A DNA stretch of 64,000 nt from a bacterium (GTDB lineage: Bacteria; DUMJ01): assembly GCA_012839925.1 (NCBI GenBank), contig DUMJ01000014.1, positions 12,736-76,735 on the forward strand, written 5' to 3'. Position numbers and translations under genes: made by a program. The notes under the pieces are model-generated. The model worked only from the letters and a program-made list of their open reading frames with translations, was not told the origin of the DNA and did not search any database. Below, one piece after another: positions 30,782 to 39,345 of this stretch (within the stretch, counting starts at the first letter, position 1; each line of letters begins with the position of its first letter).

Positions 30782-31730
30782 TCTGTTTCCTCCTGGATAG
30801 CATATCTATAAATGCCTCCAGCCTGGTAACAAGACCAAGCTCACTGGAGTGTTCATCTATAGTTATAGTGATCTCAGGAAAGTTGATGGGTTTAATAAGG
30901 TCTCTCTCTATAAGTTCTCTTACAAGGGAGTCTGGTCCGCATCCAAAGGCTACCACCAGGATAACTCCATCTACCAGCCTATTCCTTATTATATATCTGG
31001 CGGTTCCATATAACTCTCTTCCAAATGTCCAGAAGAGTTTTTTAGGCAGGACATCTGCATCCTTCAATATGGTCTTCCAATCGAACATCTCCATAGAGAG
31101 AGCTTTGGCTCCGAGTTTATTCAGTGTTCTTAACATTCCTCCACTTATAAATTCATCATAAATTTCATAACAATGACCAACAATTCCTATCCTTATTTTA
31201 GGATCGTCATTCTTAAATTTCTCTCCATCTATTATCTCCAGAGGAGAGGCTCCAGTTTCTAATTTTTTATTATATTCTTTTAGAGCACTCAATCCTTCTA
31301 AATAAGCCTTTAAAATCCTTGATTTATTCTTTGTAAACATCCTGCCGAGATCAAAAAATCCTCTTAAAAATCCATCTCTAAGATTTCTCTTATCTATCGT
31401 GTTTTCAATAATCGGTGGAGCATCTATCTCAGAGTTTCTTATCATATCTGGTAGTCCCAGAAATTTTGGACACATATAGGTCTTATACTCCAATCCCACT
31501 ATCCTTGGCAGAAAAACATAGTCTACCTTATCCTTCAGGTCCAATATATGTCCATATGCAAGTTTTATCGGTAAACATGCCTCACTGACAGCGTGCTCCA
31601 CCGAAGCATCCATAATCTGCTTATTGGTTATAGAAGAGGGGATAACTTCTACCCCAAGACTTTCGAAAAAAGCCTTCCACATTGGATAATATCTATAGAA
31701 TAGTAAAACTCTCGGAATCCCCACCTTCAT
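30753..31730 (-). CDS. activase-associated protein (DUF2229-like; MKVGIPRxLLYYxYYPMWKxFF N-terminus)
   Basis: 325 aa. Its N-terminal signature matches the family normally found next to or fused with BadF/BcrA-type activases. Overlaps the downstream gene. Confidence 0.5.
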   Translation of the reverse strand: MKVGIPRVLLFYRYYPMWKAFFESLGVEVIPSSITNKQIMDASVEHAVSEACLPIKLAYGHILDLKDKVDYVFLPRIVGLEYKTYMCPKFLGLPDMIRNSEIDAPPIIENTIDKRNLRDGFLRGFFDLGRMFTKNKSRILKAYLEGLSALKEYNKKLETGASPLEIIDGEKFKNDDPKIRIGIVGHCYEIYDEFISGGMLRTLNKLGAKALSMEMFDWKTILKDADVLPKKLFWTFGRELYGTARYIIRNRLVDGVILVVAFGCGPDSLVRELIERDLIKPINFPEITITIDEHSSELGLVTRLEAFIDMLSRRKQSENNLSTVW

Positions 31731-32686
31731 GGCATTATTACCTCTGCCTGAGCGGTACTGGAGTTATAGTCTGTATCGGTGAATAATAGAGTTACCAGTT
31801 TGTCTATCTCCTCTCTATTGGCAATCCAGTATCCTCCTTCTGCAGTTCCTGGTAAGATAGCCGTTTTTAACTGGAATTTATCCTTTTCTCGAGCGAAAAG
31901 TGTAGCGATACTTACCATCTCTGAGCTGGGGAGGTCTGTATGGACATATTTAGAAAGCTCCTGCACAAGTGTGGGAATTCTGGCAATAATATTTGGTTTC
32001 ATTACCTGAGATAATAGGGCATGGAAGAACTTCTGCTGCCTCTCTATCCTGCCTATATCTCCCATTGGATCGTTTCTAAATCTTATATATCCCTCTGCCT
32101 GTTCTCCGTTAAGACGCTGGTATCCCTGCTTTAAATCGATATTAAGTCTAGCCCAGCTGTCCTTATACTTCATATCTTTTTCTACATAAATCTCCACACC
32201 ACCTATAGCATCTATTATCTTTTTAAAGGCATCGGGGTCTAGAAGTACGTAATAGTCGATCTTTATATCTAAGAGATTTTCTATGGTTTCCATGGCAAGA
32301 GGGATACCGCCTATATGGTATGCTGAATTGATCTTTGTTTCTCCATAATTGGGTATATTGACAAGAGTGTCTCTGGGTATAGAAAGACCATTAACTTTTT
32401 TATCCTCACAGTTTATATGGAATACCATAATTGTATCTGTCCTGCCACTATCAATTCTTCTCCCCCTATTATCATAGTCATAGTCCCTGCCCAGCAGGAC
32501 AATATTAAAGGCGGGAGGACCGTAAAACATCCTCTGGGTAAATGTAACTATTCTGGATGGATTGTGTGCAATATCGCCTATAGTCCCCCCGCTCTTATAG
32601 AAGAGGAATAACCATCCTCCAACTATAGCGCTAACACAAGTTATTACTATTATACTTACAAAGAGTATTGCTCTCTTTTTTATCAT
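31727..32686 (-). CDS. LCP (LytR-CpsA-Psr) family cell-envelope glycopolymer transferase
   Basis: N-terminal TM anchor. DTIMVFHIN...LSIPRDT core motif of the LCP domain. 319 aa. Confidence 0.75.
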   Translation of the reverse strand: MIKKRAILFVSIIVITCVSAIVGGWLFLFYKSGGTIGDIAHNPSRIVTFTQRMFYGPPAFNIVLLGRDYDYDNRGRRIDSGRTDTIMVFHINCEDKKVNGLSIPRDTLVNIPNYGETKINSAYHIGGIPLAMETIENLLDIKIDYYVLLDPDAFKKIIDAIGGVEIYVEKDMKYKDSWARLNIDLKQGYQRLNGEQAEGYIRFRNDPMGDIGRIERQQKFFHALLSQVMKPNIIARIPTLVQELSKYVHTDLPSSEMVSIATLFAREKDKFQLKTAILPGTAEGGYWIANREEIDKLVTLLFTDTDYNSSTAQAEVIMP

Positions 32687-32691
32687 AAAGG

Positions 32692-34761
32692 TCAGGCTTC
32701 TTCCTTTTCCTTCTTGTTAGCTGCTATTATCTCTTCCGCAATCTTAGATGGAACCACATCATAATGTGAGAACTCTACCTTATATCTCCCTCTTCCCTGA
32801 GTTATGGATTTAAGATCTATAGAATACCTTAGAATCTCAGCCATAGGGACATGAGCTTTTATGATCTGGTATTTCCCCTGCGGTTCCATTCCTAAAATTC
32901 TTGCCCTTTTACTGTTAAGATCTGCTATACAATCACCCATAAACTCCTCAGGGACGGTAACCTCAATGTACATAATTGGTTCAAGAAGGACCGGATTGGC
33001 TTCAGCTGCACCCTTTTTAAGTGCCATAGAGCCTGCTATCTTAAAAGCCATATCAGATGAATCTACCGGATGGTAAGAGCCATCGACAAGAGACACACGT
33101 ACATCAACTAATGGATAACCTGCCAGGACCCCTTCTTCCATGGCTTCTTTTATACCCTTCTCAACGGACGGGATATAATTTTTGGGGATGGCTCCACCAA
33201 ATATCTTATCTACGAATTCATATCCTCCACCTCTGGGTAGAGGTTCAATTTCTATCCAGCAATCACCATACTGTCCCCGTCCACCAGTCTGACGCTTATA
33301 TCTACCCTGGACCTTAACCTTGGTCGTTACAGTTTCTCTATATGGGATCTTTGGAAGGTCAGTTTCAACTTCAACTCCAAACTTCCTCTTTAGTCTCTCC
33401 AGTATAACCTCTACATGTAAATCTCCTAACCCAGAGACTATTGTTTGATGGGTTTCAGCATTATAGTAACTTACAAATGTTGGGTCTTCCTCCTGTAACC
33501 TGCTGAGAGCATTGCCTAATTTTTCTTCATCCCCCTTCGATTTAGGTATTACTGCTACTGAATACTGTGGTTGAGGAAACTCAATGGGAGTATACTTTAC
33601 CATATAGCTTTTATCGCATAAGGTATCAGATGTTCCTACAGACTGGAGTTTTGCTATTACACCTATATCTCCAGTTATTATCTCACCTACCGGTTCCTGA
33701 GTTTTTCCCTTCGGAAAGGCAAGATGTCCTATCCGTTCTTCTACATCCTTTGTTATATTCACTAAAGTCACATCGGATTTTAGTATTCCGGAATTGACCT
33801 TAAACAGGGCTAATTTCCCGACAAATGGATCGGCGGTAATCTTAAATATAAATGCAGATGCTGGCTTGGATGGGTCCAGATTGGATATGGTTACAGAACC
33901 GTCATCGTTTAATATCTCTACCTTGCCATCTTCAGGAGAGGGTAACAGTTCTTTAATACCATCCAGGAGTTGATGAATGCCTATATTTTTAACTGCAGAA
34001 CCGCACAAAAGAGGGAAAGCCTTCCCCTCTTTTACAGCAGATTTCATGCCTCTTATTATCTCTTCACCTGTTAGTGTTTCCCCTTCTAAATACTTCTGTA
34101 AGAGTTCATCATCATTTTCTACCACTGCTTCTATAAGGTGCTCTCTCAGCTCTTCAACCTGAGACTCATACTCTGCAGGTATATCAATCTCCTGATATGT
34201 TCCATTTGTGAACCTGTAAGCCTTTCTATCCAGGATATTTATTATTCCTGAAAAACCCATCTGTTCTCCAAGAGGTATCTGAAGAGGAAATATTTTGCTG
34301 GAGAGCTTTTCCCTCAGTTCTGTGTAGACCTTTAAAAAGTTTGCTCCTTCCCTGTCCAATCTATTTATAAATATTATCCTCGGTTTATTCTGCTCTTCAA
34401 GTATGTTCCATAGTATTTCAGTATTCACCTGTACCCCTGAAGATGCACAAACAAGTAATACTGCACTTTCAGCAACCTTTATACCTGATAGAACATCTCC
34501 GATAAAGTCAGAGTATCCGGGAGTATCTATAATATTTATCTTGCAATCCTTCCATGGGATGGGGAAGACCTTCAGCATGATGGTAGTCTTCCTCTTTACC
34601 TCTTCCGGTTCGGAATCTACATTACTGTTTCCTGCATCTACACTTCCAAGTCTATCAACCAGTTTCGCATCAAAAAGCATAGCATCAGTGACAGAAGTCT
34701 TCCCAACGCCACCATGTGATAGTAATACAACATTTCTCAGTATTCCTGTATCTAATTTCAT
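32692..34761 (-). CDS. elongation factor G paralog (EF-G2-like translational GTPase)
   Basis: 689 aa five-domain EF-G layout. The G motifs are divergent (SHGGVGKTS for AHIDAGKTT, DTPGYSDF, NRLD for NKxD). Not flanked by rpsL or rpsG. Confidence 0.75.
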   Translation of the reverse strand: MKLDTGILRNVVLLSHGGVGKTSVTDAMLFDAKLVDRLGSVDAGNSNVDSEPEEVKRKTTIMLKVFPIPWKDCKINIIDTPGYSDFIGDVLSGIKVAESAVLLVCASSGVQVNTEILWNILEEQNKPRIIFINRLDREGANFLKVYTELREKLSSKIFPLQIPLGEQMGFSGIINILDRKAYRFTNGTYQEIDIPAEYESQVEELREHLIEAVVENDDELLQKYLEGETLTGEEIIRGMKSAVKEGKAFPLLCGSAVKNIGIHQLLDGIKELLPSPEDGKVEILNDDGSVTISNLDPSKPASAFIFKITADPFVGKLALFKVNSGILKSDVTLVNITKDVEERIGHLAFPKGKTQEPVGEIITGDIGVIAKLQSVGTSDTLCDKSYMVKYTPIEFPQPQYSVAVIPKSKGDEEKLGNALSRLQEEDPTFVSYYNAETHQTIVSGLGDLHVEVILERLKRKFGVEVETDLPKIPYRETVTTKVKVQGRYKRQTGGRGQYGDCWIEIEPLPRGGGYEFVDKIFGGAIPKNYIPSVEKGIKEAMEEGVLAGYPLVDVRVSLVDGSYHPVDSSDMAFKIAGSMALKKGAAEANPVLLEPIMYIEVTVPEEFMGDCIADLNSKRARILGMEPQGKYQIIKAHVPMAEILRYSIDLKSITQGRGRYKVEFSHYDVVPSKIAEEIIAANKKEKEEA

Positions 34762-34808
34762 CTAATTCCCTCCATATCTTTTATATTATAAATAAAGGAG
34801 TATCCTGG

Positions 34809-36086
34809 TTATTCATCCTTTTCCTTTATCTTTGAACCAGCCAGATATAAACTGGAATCCTTCTCCAGAACTCTAAGAAGAGCATTAACAATATCTGGAT
34901 CTAACTGTCTTCCACTGACATTCAGTAATTCTGCTTTTGCTTCCTCGATACTCTTCCTGTTAGAATAAGGTCTATCTGTGGTCATTGCGTCAAAGGTGTC
35001 TGCACAGGCTATTATGCGACTCTCGACAGGAATTGATTCTCCTCTCAGTCCATCCGGATATCCTGTCCCGTTATATCTTTCATGGTGATGCCTTATCCAT
35101 ACTGGAACTTCTTTAAACCTGGAGATTTCCCTTGATATATCTTCCCCTACAATGGGATGTCTGTATATCTGGTCCCATTCCTCATATGTAAGAGTATCTG
35201 GCTTATTGAGAAGGCTTTGAGGTAATCCTATCTTTCCAAGATCATGTAACATTGCTGCATTTCTTATCTTCTCTATTCTTGACTCGCTAAACCCCATCTC
35301 TCTGGCTATATCTTCTGATAACTGAGCTACCCTTAGAGAATGCCCACTTGTATAGCCATCAAATATGCCCAATAACTTTATCAGGCTGGAGATCGCCCGG
35401 TCATATGTTTTGTTTACTTCTCCCAGTAAAATAATTAAATATCTGGCGATAAATATAGGAACTATATAGATTGGCATCACTACAGGACCAAGTAACTTGT
35501 AACTCTGGGCTATCACCAGGGATAAGAAGAAGTGTAACAGGTAGGTAATAATAGACATATTAGAGATATGGTAGACCCATGTCCCAAGGAAAGCCCTGCC
35601 TTTATCTATGGCAACTACTAAACTTACCAGGGTTACATTTATCAGCCAGTATATAAGAGCTACAAATAGAGCTACTAAAGAGTATCGCCAACCAAACTCA
35701 AGGTTCAACCCCCCCAAATGTTCGTATAAAAGACCGGATAATCCAGCGCATATTACCAGGTTTGCTCTATTAAATATGAAATTCTTAGCGTGATGGCGTT
35801 TAAAATTAAATTCTTCGGGACTTATAGATGCCAATCCATTAACCAGAATACCGAACGGTGCACCAAAGAGCAGTATTCCTGCATAAGTCATTATAAATCC
35901 CATAGATAGAGCTATCTGCCTCCCAGGTATCTCTACAGGGAAGGCTTCCAATACCAATGTTAAGGCGATAAAGATAAGTATATCAAGCAGGTCAGCCCTA
36001 ACTGGATAATATTTAAAAGTATATATCGTTAATATTATAGCCAGTAAAGATAATATAAAAAGGAAGATTCTTAATGACGTTTTCAT
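34809..36086 (-). CDS. membrane-anchored HD-GYP domain c-di-GMP phosphodiesterase (N-terminal ~7TM sensor)
   Basis: HD (MLHDLGKIGLP) and GYP (HHERYNGTGYP) motifs in the C-terminal half. About 7 predicted TM helices N-terminally. 425 aa. Start overlaps the hpf stop (ATGA). Confidence 0.8.
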   Translation of the reverse strand: MKTSLRIFLFILSLLAIILTIYTFKYYPVRADLLDILIFIALTLVLEAFPVEIPGRQIALSMGFIMTYAGILLFGAPFGILVNGLASISPEEFNFKRHHAKNFIFNRANLVICAGLSGLLYEHLGGLNLEFGWRYSLVALFVALIYWLINVTLVSLVVAIDKGRAFLGTWVYHISNMSIITYLLHFFLSLVIAQSYKLLGPVVMPIYIVPIFIARYLIILLGEVNKTYDRAISSLIKLLGIFDGYTSGHSLRVAQLSEDIAREMGFSESRIEKIRNAAMLHDLGKIGLPQSLLNKPDTLTYEEWDQIYRHPIVGEDISREISRFKEVPVWIRHHHERYNGTGYPDGLRGESIPVESRIIACADTFDAMTTDRPYSNRKSIEEAKAELLNVSGRQLDPDIVNALLRVLEKDSSLYLAGSKIKEKDE

Positions 36087-36640
36087 GAAGTAATTTCTAT
36101 CAGTCCATATCCCCCTTCTTTTCTGGTGTATACCACATTTACCTCTGATGTCTCTGCATTTATAAATATAAAGAAGTCATGACCAAGCAATTCCATCTGC
36201 AGTAAGGCTTCTTCTACTGACATAGGGGTAATAGAGAGTCTCTTTTGCCTGATTATTCTGTCTGCGAGAGCTCCTTCCTCTTCTATTTGAATCTCTTCTT
36301 CCTTGTTCTTTTCTGGTAATTCATTTATTCTTATCCTGCTCTTGTTAGTAAGTTTACCCTTAAATTTCTTAATTCTGCGTTCAAGTTTATCCACCACTAA
36401 GTCTATAGATGCGTACATATCGGGAGAGGACTCTTGGGCTCTAATTATTGTTCCATCTATCCGTACAGTTACCTCTACCTTTTGAGATGCCCCGGAGGTT
36501 TTACTATTACTGGCGCTGAGCATTACCTGGATGTTAGATATTTTGTTAAAAAACCTATCTATTCTGCTGAGTTTCTTCTTTACGTAGCTTTCAAGAGCTT
36601 CAGTTACTTCTATATTTTTCCCTTTTATTTCTATGTCCAT
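36083..36640 (-). CDS. hpf: ribosome hibernation promoting factor (long HPF/RaiA family)
   Basis: MDIEIKGKNIEVTEALESYVKKKLSRI is the canonical N-terminus. The C-terminal dimerisation domain (FFIFINAETSEVNVVY) is present. 185 aa. Confidence 0.85.
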   Translation of the reverse strand: MDIEIKGKNIEVTEALESYVKKKLSRIDRFFNKISNIQVMLSASNSKTSGASQKVEVTVRIDGTIIRAQESSPDMYASIDLVVDKLERRIKKFKGKLTNKSRIRINELPEKNKEEEIQIEEEGALADRIIRQKRLSITPMSVEEALLQMELLGHDFFIFINAETSEVNVVYTRKEGGYGLIEITS

Positions 36641-36663
36641 AAATATCTCCTCCTTAATAGATT

Positions 36664-37554
36664 TTAAGGTACATAATCAGAGAGTGTCTCTTCCAGCACC
36701 TTCTGATAGTTACCTTCTCCAAAAGCTTCTTCCAGAAGTTCCTTCTCTTCTAAGGTTAAATTCTCACCTATAACATATATAGAATTACCCTGTCTTCCTG
36801 AAAAGCTTCTGACTATAACCCGAGATTTTCCCCCCATATATCCCATTAATTTACAGACCTTACATGGAATATCTCTTGGTCCACAGACAGCCACCTCATC
36901 TTTATGTTTCGCCCCGGTAATTTCTATGAGTTTTCTTCTCAACTCACCCCTGAAGCTACTGGATGTTACCTTTTCAGTTATGTTTATCTTATAGTAAACC
37001 CTATTTATAAATGGACCTATATTTGAATATGCTCTCTTCCAGCTGCTCCAATTTCTCTTTATACGGCTAAATATACTTTGAACCAATCTAACTAGGGAGG
37101 GATTATAAAACTTCTCCTCTTTAAAAAATTCTGAAAACTTATCATTTAATTTTTGAGGAATTCCATTAGAATTGACTATAATTATCTGGTTATAGCCAAA
37201 CCCCTGCGATGTACTGGCTCCTATTCCTGTGTTCTGTAAAGATTTGAGGGCAGCAAGGTATATGTCCAGATCCATGTCCTCGACGTTTAAGAGGAAGTAT
37301 ATATCATTTCTAAAGAATTCCTTGCCTCTAATCTTTACTATGTTAGGTTCTTCACAGGTTATGCCATCACTTACCTTCGGTGGAGAGATCTGCCTTTTTA
37401 AGGGGATAGCAAATCTCAAAGCCTCCAGATATATCTGTGTCGATAAGATTATACTTGGTATATACGGCTTATTCCTAAAATCTCTAACCTGACCCCCTGT
37501 CCCATAACCTATGTGACAGGGGGTTTTAAATCTTACAATACATTGCAATTCCAA
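36664..37554 (-). CDS. hypothetical protein; divergent RAMP/Cas7-like (RRM-fold) signatures plus C-terminal zinc ribbon
   Basis: 296 aa. TTG start with a GGGGGT SD. N-terminus TPCHIGYGTGGQVRDF..PYIPSIILSTQIYLEALR resembles Csm3/Cmr4 (sPLHIGsG...pYIPGSSlKGalR). G-rich loop GIGASTSQGFGY fits GhGxxxxxGhG. CGPRDIPCKVCK zinc ribbon. No cas neighbours and no CRISPR array. Confidence 0.3.
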   Translation of the reverse strand: MELQCIVRFKTPCHIGYGTGGQVRDFRNKPYIPSIILSTQIYLEALRFAIPLKRQISPPKVSDGITCEEPNIVKIRGKEFFRNDIYFLLNVEDMDLDIYLAALKSLQNTGIGASTSQGFGYNQIIIVNSNGIPQKLNDKFSEFFKEEKFYNPSLVRLVQSIFSRIKRNWSSWKRAYSNIGPFINRVYYKINITEKVTSSSFRGELRRKLIEITGAKHKDEVAVCGPRDIPCKVCKLMGYMGGKSRVIVRSFSGRQGNSIYVIGENLTLEEKELLEEAFGEGNYQKVLEETLSDYVP

Positions 37555-37567
37555 TGTACATAACCCC

Positions 37568-37600
37568 CGACTTTAAGCTTTTCTTCCAAGGAAATTATAA
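37568..37600 (-). promoter_or_regulatory. putative extended -10 promoter (TGTTATAAT) upstream of the RAMP-like gene
   Basis: The minus-strand reading ...TAGTCATCCGATATGTTATAATTTCC... lies about 45 nt upstream of the TTG start at 37554. Confidence 0.3.
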
Positions 37601-37620
37601 CATATCGGATGACTATATTT

Positions 37621-37821
37621 CTATTTACTCTCTTTCTTCTCTTCTAATGAGCTCTTTAAATCAGAATAGCCAAAGATTGCCAGTATAATACCAGCGATTA
37701 TTAAGATCGGTGGTATTATAGCCATAAGACCTTTTATAAAGTAACCCCACCAGGCAGATAATCCCCATATCCCCAGGATAAGACATATGATACCCCCTAT
37801 AATAACTAAATATTTACTCAA
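37621..37821 (-). CDS. small membrane protein (66 aa, two TM helices)
   Basis: TTG start preceded by AGGAGGTGA at optimal spacing. Two hydrophobic helices. Lys/Glu-rich C-terminal tail. Confidence 0.45.
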   Translation of the reverse strand: MSKYLVIIGGIICLILGIWGLSAWWGYFIKGLMAIIPPILIIAGIILAIFGYSDLKSSLEEKKESK

Positions 37822-37914
37822 CAGAAATCACCTCCTGTACTTTGATCCAAGGATTTAACTATATTATAGCATAACTGTATCCAAAGATGAAACTAATAGA
37901 AATTGTGTCGATAG

Positions 37915-38103
37915 TCTGTGAAAATGTCAGGGGAAGGAAATGAAACATATGAGATTAATCTGTATCCCGTAGGGGCAATTCATGAATTGCCCCTACAATT
38001 TCGTCTTTTATGATAATAATCTCGCACCTCTATTCTTTGACGCGTCACGGTATTTATGCTACCTATCACGAGTTACGTATCCATACCCGACAATATCACA
38101 GAA
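37915..38103. repeat. MITE-like intergenic repeat element, copy B (short form)
   Basis: Shares about 100 bp with copy A (4 mismatches, including the 28-bp palindrome) and the 3' terminal gacaatatcacagaacgataaca. Inverted-repeat termini TCTGTGAAAATGTCAGGGG and ACCCGACAATATCACAGA. Confidence 0.5.
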
Positions 38104-38120
38104 CGATAACACACAAATTG

Positions 38121-38149
38121 TTGACAATTATATAAACCTCTAGTAGAAT
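38121..38149 (+). promoter_or_regulatory. sigma70-like promoter for liv-type ABC transporter operon (TTGACA-17-TAGAAT)
   Basis: A consensus -35 and a near-consensus -10 with a 17-nt spacer, about 35 nt upstream of the GGAGGTGA SD. Confidence 0.45.
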
Positions 38150-38185
38150 TATAGACAAATTTAATCCATAATGGAGGTGATTTTT

Positions 38186-39334
38186 TTGAAGAGGTTGTTT
38201 GCACTTGTAATAATGCTTAGCCTAATTTTGGGCAGTATCGTACAGGTATATGGAGCAGAAACTATAAAGATAGGACTTGTTACTCCACTTACAGGTTCCG
38301 TGGCATCATTTGGTCAATCTGTAGATAAGGCTGTAAGAATGGCTGTTGATGAGATTAACTCTAAGGGTGGATTACTAGGTATGAAGATAGAGTTAATAGT
38401 AGAGGACAATCAGTCAAAGGCAGAAGAATCAGCCAATATTGTCCGTAAGTTTATAGAGCAGGATAAAGTGGTGGCTATACTGGGTCCTGTAATCTCCAGT
38501 AATACACTAGCAGCTGCTCCCATCGCACAGCAGAGTAAAGTTCCACTATTATCACCCACCTCAACAAACCCGAAAGTCACTCAAATAGGAGATTATATCT
38601 TCAGGGCTTGTTTTATTGATGACTTCCAGGGTATGGTGATGGCCAGGTTTGCAATGACTGGTCTTGGAAAGAGACCTAGTTCAGCGGCTATACTCTTTGA
38701 AAAAACGAGCGACTATAGTATTGGATTAGCCAAGTATTTTAAAGAGGAATTTACAAGGCTTGGTGGGAAAATAGTGGCAGAAGAATCATTCAGCTCTGGA
38801 GACCAGGACTTCAGTGCTCAGCTTACCAAGATAAAGGGTAGAAAACCAGATGTGCTCTATGTTCCATCTTACTATGATACCGCCGGACTTATAATAAAGC
38901 AGGCGAGAGAATTAGGCATGAATATCCCGATACTTGGTGGAGATGGTTTTGATTCTCCTCAACTTCTTGAACTTGCCGGTAAGGAGAACCTGAAGAACTG
39001 CTATTTCAGTGGACATTTCTTCTCGGGTTCAAGTGTCCCGCAGGTAAAGACATTTGTCACAAACCACAAGAAGAGGTATAATACGGTACCTGATATGTTG
39101 GGTGCACTGGGATACGATGCTGTATATATGCTTGCAGATGCTATAAAGAGAGCAGGAAAAGCAGATAGGGACGCTATAAGAAATGCCCTGGCAGCTACTA
39201 AAAATCTGAAGTTAGTAACTGGAATAATATCCCTCGATGAAAATAGAAATCCTATAAAGAGTGCTGTCATTATCAGTTTTGACGCTAATGGTAACCAAGT
39301 TTATAAGACTACTGTAAATCCACCAAAAAAGTAG
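38186..39334 (+). CDS. branched-chain amino acid ABC transporter substrate-binding protein (LivK/LivJ family)
   Basis: Type I periplasmic binding fold. Signal peptide. The likely start is TTG at 38186, 5 nt after GGAGGTGA; the in-frame ATG at 38171 lies inside that SD. Confidence 0.8.
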   Translation: MKRLFALVIMLSLILGSIVQVYGAETIKIGLVTPLTGSVASFGQSVDKAVRMAVDEINSKGGLLGMKIELIVEDNQSKAEESANIVRKFIEQDKVVAILGPVISSNTLAAAPIAQQSKVPLLSPTSTNPKVTQIGDYIFRACFIDDFQGMVMARFAMTGLGKRPSSAAILFEKTSDYSIGLAKYFKEEFTRLGGKIVAEESFSSGDQDFSAQLTKIKGRKPDVLYVPSYYDTAGLIIKQARELGMNIPILGGDGFDSPQLLELAGKENLKNCYFSGHFFSGSSVPQVKTFVTNHKKRYNTVPDMLGALGYDAVYMLADAIKRAGKADRDAIRNALAATKNLKLVTGIISLDENRNPIKSAVIISFDANGNQVYKTTVNPPKK

Positions 39335-39345
39335 TCCAAAAAAAG

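Noticed and set aside
28722-31730. Benzoyl-CoA reductase (BcrABCD) interpretation of the activase trio
   Set aside because: Only one BcrA/D-type ATPase is present and the partners lack BcrB/BcrC length and motifs. The dehydratase-activase-like assignment fits better.
37950-38030. Leader-peptide attenuator (tiny ORF MKHMRLICIP with its stop inside a terminator-like hairpin) controlling the liv operon
   Set aside because: The best liv promoter (38121-38149) lies downstream of this structure, so the hairpin would not be in the liv leader. The same ORF plus hairpin occurs in copy A upstream of an unrelated M50 protease gene. Kept only as a remote alternative, noted in the copy B finding.
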